Below, one piece after another: positions 52,633-64,000 of a stretch of DNA of 64,000 bases; position 1 is the first letter of the stretch; each line of letters opens with the position of its first letter. A program made the translations under genes and the position numbers. The notes below the pieces were generated by a model. That model ran no database searches, had not been told where the DNA came from, and saw only the letters and a list, made by a program, of their open reading frames with translations. Source of the stretch: Adineta vaga (Eukaryota; Animalia; Rotifera); NCBI GenBank assembly GCA_021613535.1, contig CP075497.1, positions 7,688,001 through 7,752,000 on the forward strand. The letters are read 5' to 3'.

Positions 52633-53396
52633 TCACTGAGATGGATAAAGCGCGCTTTCAGGTGGTTGTGATAATTTGGCATTCTCTTTTGATGACATGC
52701 TTGCTCGAATTTCATTCAATATTTGATGAATTGTCATATCTCGATTCCAATTTCGAAGAGCGGGAATATATTTTGAATCAACCTAAAGACAAAGAATAAC
52801 AAAATGATACAATAGAAATTGTTTCTTTTTCTTCTATTTCAATCTATGTATTCTTACCGAACCATTTGCTGATATGCCAGTTAGATTGATACGTGTCTGA
52901 AAACGAACTATTGGCGCTTCATCTGGATAACGATCACCGCAATAAACTTTTAATGTATAAATACGTCCCTCAAAAGGTGTCTGAAAAAAGAAGAGTATCG
53001 AATTGAATGTTCATTTAAATTGTTAATAACTTACTCGTGATGGTCCAATAATCATACAAACCCACCGGGATAGTGACATATCATCATTTGCTTCGAGACC
53101 CCATGATACCGAACTGCATATAAAAAAAATATATATATAAGAGAAATGATATATGATACCTATCGGATTTTTTCCTGTTATTTACCCTTCGTGATGGCCT
53201 TTCTGAGCAGCTTCAAGTTCTTCCAATAGTTTGAAATTGCGTGGAATAACTAAATATAAACGTACATTCTTTTTATCATAATTGTTCATTTAAATCAACC
53301 ATGCAAATCAAAACTTATTATATTTCGTCTCGACGCAATTATTGATCGATATTTATCTATACTCGTACCTGTTCGCGACTGAAAATTGCTAGCCAT
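52633..53396 (-). CDS. UBE2V: Ubiquitin-conjugating enzyme E2 variant (MMS2/UEV1), multi-exon
   Basis: [47 protein letters not shown] and KLSQPPE motifs. Confidence 0.93.
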
Positions 53397-53776
53397 TGAT
53401 TGGCACTATAAAATCTGAAGATGTATAGAAACAAAAGAATATATTCCGTTTTTCAATTAGCAACAGTTATTCTTCTGAATGACTCAGATATCGAAATCAT
53501 CCGTAAATAAACAATAATCAGTAGTTAGATATGTCTGTGTCTGTATAATGTGCGCATGTCTGTCCCTTTTTTTTCGTTCTGTTAATAATTTAACCAATCG
53601 ATAGGAGATTATATTATGTGGCGACAAATAGAGGCAATCGATCTTAACAATGGCAATATTGGAGATATGTAAAAGATGCGAATATATATAAATGAATCGA
53701 TTATTATTCAAAGATTATTCCAAATAAACATATAATCTGACTTTTAAAAGAAAAGAAATAGAAAACAATGAAGAGT

Positions 53777-55694
53777 TTATGATTGACGCCAACTAGGTGT
53801 TGCACGATGTGTTACATGTAAAATACTTGATGGAGTCGCAGCAGTTTTGGAGTCACTTCGAGGAGTTTTACCACGTGCTGTCCAAGCTTCAGTCGGTTCA
53901 TAGAGATGATGAGGATCATAATCAATAGATACATGATATTTAGATGATTCAAGGCGTTGTCGACGAGCTTCTTCCTCTTGTTTTTGTATTTTATCACGCA
54001 TCAATTTATCTTCCAAATGGTTCATATCCTATAACAAAAAATTGTTTGATTTTTCAATGATAACTAGTTGAATACACGAATATTCTTACTCTTTCACGAA
54101 ATTTCCGTATAGCAGTAGTAGCTGTTCGTTGTCTGATTTCTTGTTGAAAACGTCGCTGTTTAGCTTCTTGTTCTTGCTCTATTCGTTCAGTTTCCTCACG
54201 TTCTCGTCGAATCTTTTCCACTAATTTTCTTTGCTCTTCTTTATCAGTAAAACGTCTTTCTTCATCTTCTCGTTTCTTATTTTCAATTCGTTCTTGCTCT
54301 TCGTCCATCTCTCGTTTTCGTAATTCTCGTTCTTGTTTCCATGCATTGATTAAAGCTAATTTTTCCGCACGTTTTCGTTCTTGATCTTTTGTTTGTGCTT
54401 TTTGAATTGTTTCATCAATTTCCTTTATCGTATTATGAGCTTGTTCTGCTTCATGTAGAATAGTTTCTTTTGCTTGCTAGAAATAGAATATTCTGATCAT
54501 TAGTTATCAATTCTATACGAAAGAATTTACATCACGTTCTTCTCGCCAACGTTTCAATGCAAGACGACGTGTATTACTAATACTTAAAAATTCTTGATAC
54601 CATTCTTCATGCTCTTCAATTTGATCTCGAGTTTTAGTTGGTAGAAAACCAATACAATCATCAATAAATTTATCTTGACCCTATTGAAAAGAATAATCGA
54701 TTAGATTTGAGAGAGAAAAATAAATCAATCAATTGATAAACCTTATATTTATTTCGAATACGAAGAAATGTTCCATGATCATAATCATCCCAATTACCAG
54801 TTGTTCCACCATGTTCGAGTAGAAAACGCTAAAGAGAGAGAAATTTGAGATTAATCATGAATTTCGAGTCAATTCATTTACATCGTAGGCAATAATTTCT
54901 GGTAAAAGATTCGAATTTGAATTATCAAATTTTCTTGCAGAACCTGTTGGTGGAACTGAATCACTTCGTTGTTGTCCAGGTTTTTGATTCGACCAAATTT
55001 CAATCTTATCACTTAATGCTTGAATTTCATTAGAAAGAAGACGTTCTTCAGCAATTAATTCTTCGTATCTGAAAATAAAGAATAATTATTGAACTTATTT
55101 ATAAAGTAAAATCGAAAAGAAATACTTTAATCGTGATGCTTCTTTTGATGTATAGATTGTCTGTTCAATTTCTTCAATCGTATGACGAATTTTATTCACC
55201 ACTAATTAGAAGATGATACGAGAAACATCATTCGTAACGTTTATATATATATATATATATATATATGAAAGATCTTACTTGCTAAATCAGGTTTTAAATG
55301 ACGAACATCTTTGGAAAATGAATGAATATTCTGACTAACACGTTGTAAATGTTGTTGAATTCGACGTTCTAATGAAAATTGATATTATTTTCTAGATCAT
55401 CTTTTGACTCATGATTACTTTCAGCATTAAATGCTTGTTCATGCGCGTTTTTGTCAACGACAAGTTCATTATACAGATCAACGAATTCATTATGACGAGA
55501 AACAAATGGTGCATCAACTTCACGTACGATTTGATGAAATCTAATCGAGAGATAATCAACATTTCGTTAATAAAAACGAAAAGTTTGATTCTAATTTACC
55601 GTTTTTCCATTTGACGAATTGTAAGTAAAGCATTTCGTTCACGTTCATTGTTTGGTAAAAGACTTCGTCCTACCGTTTGTCGATTAGTAGCCAT
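53777..55694 (-). CDS. CCDC112: Coiled-coil domain-containing protein 112, multi-exon
   Basis: HGGTTGNWDDYDHGTFLRIRNK, KTRDQIEEHEEWY, DPHHLYEPT and C-terminal HRATPSWRQ motifs. Confidence 0.85.
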
Positions 55695-55747
55695 TTAATC
55701 GATATAATTATGTATATTTTTTATTGGAATTGAGTTAGATCTAGAGT

Positions 55748-55761
55748 GTTGACATGACAAC
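55748..55761. promoter_or_regulatory. X-box (RFX)-like element GTTGAC-AT-GACAAC
   Basis: Near-palindromic GTTGNC-AT-GNCAAC about 54 nt upstream of the CCDC112 ATG. Confidence 0.55.
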
Positions 55762-56386
55762 CACTGGCATACATGTGATTAATAAGAAATGAATGAATGA
55801 GTAGATGTCAGATCAACAGATGTCAGTGAGTGATGAAAGATAAGACTGATTTTTGTTTTAATTGTTGTAATAAAAGACTGTCTTAGTTTTATTTGATGAA
55901 AATAAATTGAGAATATTTTCAAATAAAACGAACATCTGTTTATTTATTGAGTATTCGAAGTTGAATTTTCATAAAACTTGTAAAATTCTAACCGATCATA
56001 CAAATATGAGTATATACATCAGGTACTATGGGAGCAACTGATTCAAAATGACTTGCAATATATAGTATGAATTTTGTGACAACCAGAAGTTTATCAATGA
56101 CTGATATTCATAATGAAATTTCGTTTTCGAATTGTATGATTATACGGTGTCAAAGACATCGCGTTCCTTAACTAATTACACATAAATAACTTTTTTCATA
56201 CTTCTATACCATTGAGAAACGAAAAGTAGTTGACTGACTCTTTTCTCTTTCTTTCTCTTATGGTTGATTCGTTATTCCATTTGACTTATACGAGTTGAAA
56301 GAAAGGTTTAGCTAGAATCCAATAAATACAAGTTCTTATTTCATTTTATTTAGTACCACAAGGAACATATAACGTTTTATTTAGCA

Positions 56387-57348
56387 ATGTCGGTTGCAGA
56401 GTTCGAATATAAGACTGGTTTTCCCGCATTACGTTTAATACATCCAAATGGTTCTAACTCTGTCGAACTTTTATTATACGGTGCACATGTTCTCTCGTGG
56501 ACTATACATGGTAAACAAATCTTGTTTCTAAGGTTGATTCATTTTTATTTTCGTTGTATGACTTTTATCTATTAATAATTCTTTGTTTTCATAGTGATAA
56601 AGCTATCTTTGAACAAGGAAAAGCTATTCGTGGTGGTGTACCTATTGTATGGCCACAATTTGGTCCAGGTCCTCTACCTCAACATGGTTTTGCTCGTGTT
56701 AAAACATGGCGTGTCGGAAAGACAAATACAAGTGGAGATATCAGTGTTGATTTACATCTTGAACATGATGAAGATACATTGAAATTATGGTTACATAAAT
56801 TTAATTTAACAATGACGATTCGTTTAAGTGAACAATCATTCTTTCAAGAATTAACAGTGCATAATCAAGATAGTCGATCATTTGAATTTACTGCACTATT
56901 TCATACCTACTTTACTGTTGATGATATCAAAACTACTAAAGTGTAAGTATAGTATGTATCGTATGATGTTATCTCTCATATCTACTTGATGTTTAGATCT
57001 GGTTTGAATAATGTGACTTATCTAGATAAAGTTGATGGAGGTAAAACAAAAACTGAGACTAATCAATCAATTGAATTTACCGGTGAAACGGATCGTGTTT
57101 ATAAGGATGGAGGTAAAAATAGTAATCCGATTCTGATTGATGATCGACTTCAAATCACTGGTTCAAGTACAATGTCTGATGTTGTCGTATGGAATCCTTG
57201 GCAAGAAAAAGCTAAAACTACAGCAGATATTGGGGAACATAATTTTCCAAAATATGTTTGTGTTGAAGTTGGTCATGTTAGTGATCCTGTTAAACTTGAT
57301 GTAGATCAATCATGGAAAGGAGCACAAGAGATCAAATTACTCAAATAA
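56387..57348 (+). CDS. D-hexose-6-phosphate mutarotase / glucose-6-phosphate 1-epimerase (YeaD/YMR099C family), 3 exons
   Basis: GAHVLSW, AIRGGVPIVWPQFG..QHGFAR, ALFHTYF, ETDRVY, DVVVWNPW and YVCVE motifs. Introns 56533-56594 and 56943-56996. Confidence 0.93.
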
Positions 57349-57667
57349 GAACATTCGCAACTTATTAATTATTCTAAAAAGGACACATAAAATTTATGAA
57401 TTGATGGTTTATTATTGATCTTGAAGTTTTAGTAACTGATTATAATGTTAAAACCGACTTTATAAACTAGTTCATAAGAAAATAGATCACTTGATGGTTG
57501 AAGAGAAAACATATTAAACATGAATGTTTAGAACATGTTTGTTTTTCGAAATGATTGACAAAATTTTAAATAAGATATAATATTCTTTTTTTTATTTCGT
57601 AACAGGTATAATAGTAGCCAAGAATTGAAAGAAAAAAAAACATTAGAAAGACACATCACCAGTTTAC

Positions 57668-59962
57668 TTAGTCTTCATCATCGTCCTCTTCATCATCTTC
57701 ATCGTCATCATCTTCATCTGATGATTCATGTTGAACTCGTTGACGTTTTGACATCACTAAAAGATCATCATAGATATTTCATCAAAGAATTTATTGAAAA
57801 ATTTACCTCCATCTTCATCATCATTATCACTGTCCGATTCTTCTTCTCCTTCATCATCCGAATGTTCCAATTCATATTGAGTGCGAACTAAACCTTTTTC
57901 ATATAAAGTCGAGACAAATGTTATTCTGTCTTCAATTGTTGCCAATGGTAAAGAATCAATACTAATAAATTCTGGATAAGATAGAAAAAGCATTTCCAAA
58001 GCAGGTAACGTTTCTTTATCCACTCCAAGTGTTGATATTGGTCGATCATGATAACTTCGTGCATTATCTGTTGTATAATAAGCAACAAGATTATCTTCCT
58101 CTTCCTCTTCTTGATTATCTGGTTCAACAACACGTAAACAATGACGGCGTAACAAACGAACACGCGTATCAGGTTGAAGTTCGACAACATTACTAACACG
58201 ATTTAAATCACTATTCCATCGTTCACCTTGTTCTTGAATCGTTGTTAATTGTTCTTCTGCAGTAAACATAGGTGGTAAAGAATCATGCATAAATTTTTGA
58301 GCCATAGTATCAACGCTATTATCCATTTGAATCGGAACACTTTCACGAAGTAATTCATCAAGTAATCTATGGCAATCAGTATGAAATTTTGCTCGTTTTT
58401 TCATTGATAATTTTTTTGTACTATGAATAAGACCAAAATGATTGAGATAACCTATGGGTAAACCTTGACGAAATTTCACATTCGTTCTCATTGCTAATCA
58501 TAAATAAACATCATGAAAGATTATCTACGAAAAATATTGCTCTAAACTTACCATAATCGATTGCTTTTGGTAAAAGTATCTTGAATAAATCACCCCATGT
58601 ATGTTGTTGATAACAACTTACAGTTAAATGTAATGAATGAGCACCATCAAGTGTATTTCCTTGATGAATATAACCACGTGGCATATAGAGAAGATCACCT
58701 GCTTCAAGTACAACATCGATACATGGTTTTATACCATTGATAATATTTTTATCTAGATCGCCACTAGATTTTAATGGTAAAACTTCATCATCGTTCAATG
58801 GTTTATAAACTCGCCAATGTTTCTTTCCTTCAAGTTGTAAAATAAATGCATCGATATCATCTATAAATCAAAAAAAAAGAAAACAACGTGATTTCATATA
58901 GAGAGATATATCATATTAGATATACCATAGTGAGGTGCAAATCCTTGAGAGCCAGGTGGTGTCAGATATGTATTTGCACCAACAAGTGAACCAAAATATT
59001 CTTGAAGAGATGATAATAATTTCCAAACATTAGCTGAGTAAGTATGTGGATTAAGGATACGAACAGAACATCCTTCATTATATGAATCCCAAACAACAGC
59101 TGGACGTGCACGACCTTTCGTTTTTTAGAAAAATAAAAGTTGAACATTTCGTGAATCGATACAATCGTTTTTAAACAAACCTTCTGGATTATGTCGTTCC
59201 TTTTTCGATGTAGTTGGATTGTAAAAAGTCAGATCAATATTTTCTCCATATTCCAATGTATTTTCTCGGAGAATATCATCAATATCATTAGTTGAAAATA
59301 ATCCATTGTAATAGGTCGGGTGTTTACGTGAAATAAGTAATGGTTCTTTTTGCCATGTTCGTTTTAAAAATTGTTTCACTGGTATAGGATCAATGATTAA
59401 ACCAAAAATATGTTGACCAAGAAGAGTACTATCTTCGATAGGAACATGATCATGAAGCCAAGCTGAAAATGGTGTTTCATCGAGACTCTAAGAGATAATT
59501 AAAAGTAAAAGATGATGTACATTCATAGGATAGAAGAAATAAATGTTGTCTTACTTCTTCGTCGTCATCATCTTCTTCCATGTCATCAACTTCTTCTTCT
59601 TCTTCTTCTTCTACAATTAGTTTATTCTTTCGTGTTCGAGGAGAATCTGTGATAATAACACGACGATGAGGATGTGGTGTTGGATAGGCTGGTGATAAAA
59701 ATTTCTTTTCAATATTCTTTGGTTTTTTAGTTGTAGATGCTTCTTCAGATACATGTGATTCACCATTTGTTTGTATAACTGGAATTGTAGGCTGAAGTGA
59801 TTTTGAACGATTTTTATTCACTTGATTTTCTTTTGAATGACCATTTGTATTTATTGATGACATACGTTTACGTTTACGTGATGCTGGTAATACAGAATTA
59901 GTTTGAGGAGGTGATGGTGCCTCTTCAGAATATCGTGCAAACGCTGATATTGGACCTGACAT
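57668..59962 (-). CDS. RIOX1: Ribosomal oxygenase 1 / NO66 JmjC hydroxylase, multi-exon
   Basis: [66 protein letters not shown] and HSLHLTVS motifs, plus an acidic C-terminal tail. Confidence 0.93.
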
Positions 59963-60108
59963 CTGAAAAAGAAAGAACGAAAGAAGAAAATTTCGATAAT
60001 CTAGTTTATTCATCTGATCAATGGTGTTCCTGATTTATTAATAACGTTTTTATACAAATCCACAGGAAAAGAAGAGAAAAAAAATGGTTGTTTATTTGTT
60101 CTAAATTA

Positions 60109-63100
60109 TTAACCAACAAAGACATTTGCATCAACTTGAATAATTCGTTTATAAAGTTTCCAAATGGCTGTGCAAACATCTTTCAAATGAGTTGAATTAT
60201 TATATTCTGATGCACCAGAACATGTAACATTAGTACCAACAGAAAATGGTGTATAAGCTTCACGTACTGCAGATCCCATTGGATGAGACATATTAGAAAC
60301 GCTCATAACAAGTGATTTATGACTTGCTGGACCACCAACTGTAGCTGGTGTAGGAATATTGACGGATGTTCGTTGAGAATTTGGATCACTACCTCCACCA
60401 CTTGCACTCGAGGTGCGTTCAGTTAAATTCAAATTTGAAAATATGTAATCCTAAAATGTGGAAAGCGAGATCATCAATGAAAACAATGTATACCTATCGA
60501 TAGTAACTAACCAATTCAAGTGATAAAGTTTGTTTCATCATATTCTTTTGTGTTTCAGTTAGAAGTGTTGAACGCATGAAGAGTGGTACTTGTGAGAGAA
60601 TGAGACTAAGTAAATGTTCAAGTGCAAGCACAAGAAAAGGTCTAAAAACAGAAGAATATTAGCATTCAATTTATTCGAATATGTGACAAGAACCTTTGTT
60701 GTACTAAACGTTCCAAATCACTTTCTTTTATACGAGTTGGTCGAGGTGAATTACTTTTAATTAAACTAAACTAAAATATGAAGAAAAGATTTAGAAAATT
60801 GTCTATTCATATGATGCATACTCGTTCCATTTGAGTAACTATATATTGAGCACCAGTTAACCAAGTGCCAAAGGATGGTGCTGTTCGTCGTTCTAATGTT
60901 GGAGTATTAAATAATGGTTCAACAAGATATTTAAATGAATCATAATCAATTGTTTGTTTATAAAGAAGTGATTCATTTAATTCATTCAATGGAATTGTAC
61001 ATGGTCGAAGTGCCCAACAACAAGTACATAAAAGTCGTAATAATCTAAAAAGAGAAATGTATCAAATGATTAAACATGAAAAAAAGATGATTGAATATCA
61101 TACCCAACTTGAACTTGTTCAAATTCAGGTGCTTGAGAACTTGCTGGTTGTGCAGAAGCAGCAGCAACTTGCTGGCGAACATTGACTAAACGTGGTTTTG
61201 GTGTGCCTTCACCGGGTGTTACCGGTGCAACACTTGCAGGTGACGATGTTATTGATTGATTGAAAAATGTTGATGTTGGTCGTAATGATGAACGTTGAGA
61301 TAATTGAGAATGATCAATTATTGTTGATTGAGACATGGAATAATCTGGAACAATGTTTTCTTGATTTTCTAATTCAGATCGATATGCACAACGAACTTTT
61401 TTCTAATAAAATTCATTCATATAAGGATTCGTTAATATAAATAACTTACTGTTAACATGTTATGTACAAGAGCGGAATGTAGAAGAAGATTGATTGAATC
61501 ATGAAGAAGATAATTAACAGCAGCCTAAAATAATGATTTGTTTTTTAAAGTAGAGAAAAAAAGAAGAAGCAGAATTAAGGATTGTCTTACAATACAAATA
61601 GATGCTTCTTTATGATGTTTACTCATTAATTGATTATAAAATTGTGTTAAACATGCAAAAAATTGACAGCATACATCTGCATTATCCAATGATGCTAATG
61701 AAAATTCTCTTGTTACATTATGAAAACTCTATGAAATGAAATACATTTCTTTCTATTTTTCAAAACAATTCGTAAAAACTTACTTCAACAATATATTCAC
61801 TACAAGCTGCGAAGACATCTGAAGCATTATTAAAATGTCGATTATCTCCATGAATCGATTCGGTATGAATTAAGCAAATATTTAATAGTAGATAGAGACG
61901 AATGACTTTTGACCAATTTATTTGAGAGATTTGCTAAAAAATTGACTGTTGAATTGAAGTGAAATTTCTAAGTTTTACTTACATCTTCATTAGAACTATT
62001 AATTTGTTGTTGAATAATAAAACGAAATGTATCTAATGTTCGTGGAATGATATTCATTGTATGAAACCATTGAATACTATCGTTCTTTTTTGTTAAATCA
62101 TATAGAAAACTTAAGATTGCATAACAGACACGAAAGTTATCTCGTTCCTAAAACAAAATATAACAAAATCTTCACAAAAAACAAAAAAATCAAGTTGTAC
62201 TTGAGAAACTTTATGAAATAGATCAATCACATTAGAAACTGTACGTTCTTGTTTAATATTAGCAGATAATATTGCCGATTCTTCTTTTGTGATAAAGATT
62301 GATAATAAATGAAATGTATGTACAAGTGCCTATAAAGAATAATTTAAATCATAACAAAGAAATCGATTTTAAATAACGAACTTTAACAGCACATTTGTAT
62401 TGAGGTGTTGTCGATGGATGTATATCAATAATATCATTACAATAATCCACAAAATCAAGTAAATGTGTTAAAACAGTTGAATATCGTGTTAAGTCATGTT
62501 GTTGTTGATCAATATCTACACAAAAAAAAATGAATTGGATTAAATAAAGCATTCTCTTTGTATTTTACCAGGTGTATGTTCAAGAAATATTTGAATTAAA
62601 AGAACTAATGCATCTAAATAACAATATTTCACGTAAATCGAAACGTATTCTGGTCCAAGAACACAATTAGCTAAATCAATATAAGTTGGTAGAATAGTTA
62701 ATGGTGCTTGAACTTTATCACTACAAATACAAATCGATTGATTACTGATGAAATATTAACAGAATAGAAATTTACTTTTTCCATTTAATATTTGCATTCA
62801 TAGTTAAATTTAAACATAGCACAGCTATTTTCATACATGTTGAATCATTTCGTGTTAGAACAAGTTGTACAATGGATGCTAATTCTTCAAACCAAGTTTC
62901 ACCACCTGGAAGAATTTTTTCAATTCGATCATTCTATTCGAGAAGAACAATTTATAATATCAACTCGATTCAAAATACTTACATTTAAACAAAGTAATGC
63001 TTTCGTAAAATAAATAACTGAAGAAAAGAATGAAAATGATAAGGATTGTTCATTTAACATTTCATCCTCAATATTTGATTTAAAAAATGTTCGACAAGCC

Positions 63101-64000
63101 TAAAAAAATTCATTCATATTTTTCATTCAATTCTTCTCATAAGAAAACTCACTTTTATCCAATGAAGAAGACAATTATTAGTTATTAATTTATTCAATAT
63201 ATCATAAAAATCATTTCCAGTTTGATCACTAAATTCAAAATTTATTTTTCTCTTTTCTATTGAGATAAAAATAATCTTACGTCGTATAGTTCAATAAATG
63301 TTGTGTTAGTAAACGAAAGGATGTTGAAACTGCTCGTTTATCTCCTGTATCCATTAATCTAATTGGAACACTTGTATTCGTAATTGGTGTAGAAATATTC
63401 TTCCAAAAATCATTTCTATAAGCAAAACAAAAGTTAAATAAGCATTGATTTATATTTTCTTACATTTTAACAAAATAATCTACAAGTAATTGAGTATGTT
63501 GTTCCCAGAATTGTGTTATGAAAGTAACAGTTAATATAAATAAATCATTTGCACCGACTTCATTCGTATTCTAAATTAAACGAGAACAAATTAGGATGAA
63601 AAATACTTTTCCATTTATTACTTGTGCACTCCATCGTAATAATTCAACGATAGGTTGTAAAATTGTTGAATTACCAAATGTAGCTGTTAGAGTTGTATTC
63701 AAATCACAGAGATAACCAAGTAATGCTGGTTGAGAATGAACGCAAACAATTAAGAAATCCAAAATAGCCATAGTTAAATCTGGAGACTAGTATTGAAAGA
63801 AATTAATCAAAGATTGTCTTAGATTTGATTCTTTACTTTTCGATCTTTGATATTTTGAATGATAAATGTTCGAAATCGTTCAATATTAGTTTCTAATAGA
63901 ATCGAAAGTCCAGGCGTGATCTAAATCCAAAGGAATTGATATCATTTTTTTATTGAAATGAATTCTTTACTTTTGCTAAACTTGTTAAACATCGAAGACA
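60109..64000 (-). CDS. NUP188: Nucleoporin NUP188, 3' portion (gene extends beyond the window)
   Basis: AILDFLIVCVHSQPALL (compare ILEFLTVAVETQPGL), FWKNISTPI, FNTPTL..APSFGT and EHLLSLILSQ..MKQTLSLEL across many short exons. Confidence 0.78.

Noticed and set aside
60109-64000. Huntingtin as the identity of the large helical-repeat gene
   Set aside because: The motifs match NUP188 instead (SQPALL, APSFGT, LILSQ..MKQ.LS.EL).
1-64000. Prokaryotic systems (CRISPR, defence islands), intact transposons, and the many antisense ORFs overlapping genes
   Set aside because: The DNA is intron-rich and eukaryotic. No repeat-spacer arrays, transposase or RT ORFs were seen, and the antisense ORFs are shadows of real coding exons.

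Overview
This is AT-rich, gene-dense eukaryotic (metazoan) DNA with many 45-65 nt GT-AG introns. The style is most consistent with a bdelloid rotifer, which is an inference. About 22 protein-coding genes are recognisable: a muscarinic-type GPCR, an SLC22 transporter, RPP30, myosin VIIa, an orphan gene, QTRT2, pantothenate kinase, torsin, CCDC149, a SPOP-like MATH-BTB protein, a Cys-rich secreted protein, an ABHD10-like hydrolase, innexin, an SRSF3/7-like SR protein, THOC3, an orphan membrane protein, RETREG/FAM134-like, CoREST, UBE2V, CCDC112, glucose-6-phosphate 1-epimerase, RIOX1/NO66 and the 3' part of NUP188. No rRNA, tRNA, CRISPR array or intact transposon was seen. The strongest higher-order signal is several same-strand gene runs with spacers of about 80-400 nt, in which a U-rich 3' splice acceptor sits almost directly before the next ATG. 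These are candidate operons resolved by spliced-leader trans-splicing: PANK-torsin-CCDC149, UBE2V-CoREST-RETREG, NUP188-RIOX1 and SRSF-THOC3. Other notable items are a predicted NMD poison exon in the SR-protein gene, an Rbfox/STAR-flanked 30-nt cassette exon in CCDC149, an X-box upstream of CCDC112, a pre-miRNA/MITE-like hairpin, two horizontal-transfer candidates, and four single-base deletions that probably reflect assembly error. All gene identities come from motif recognition by eye, not database searches.
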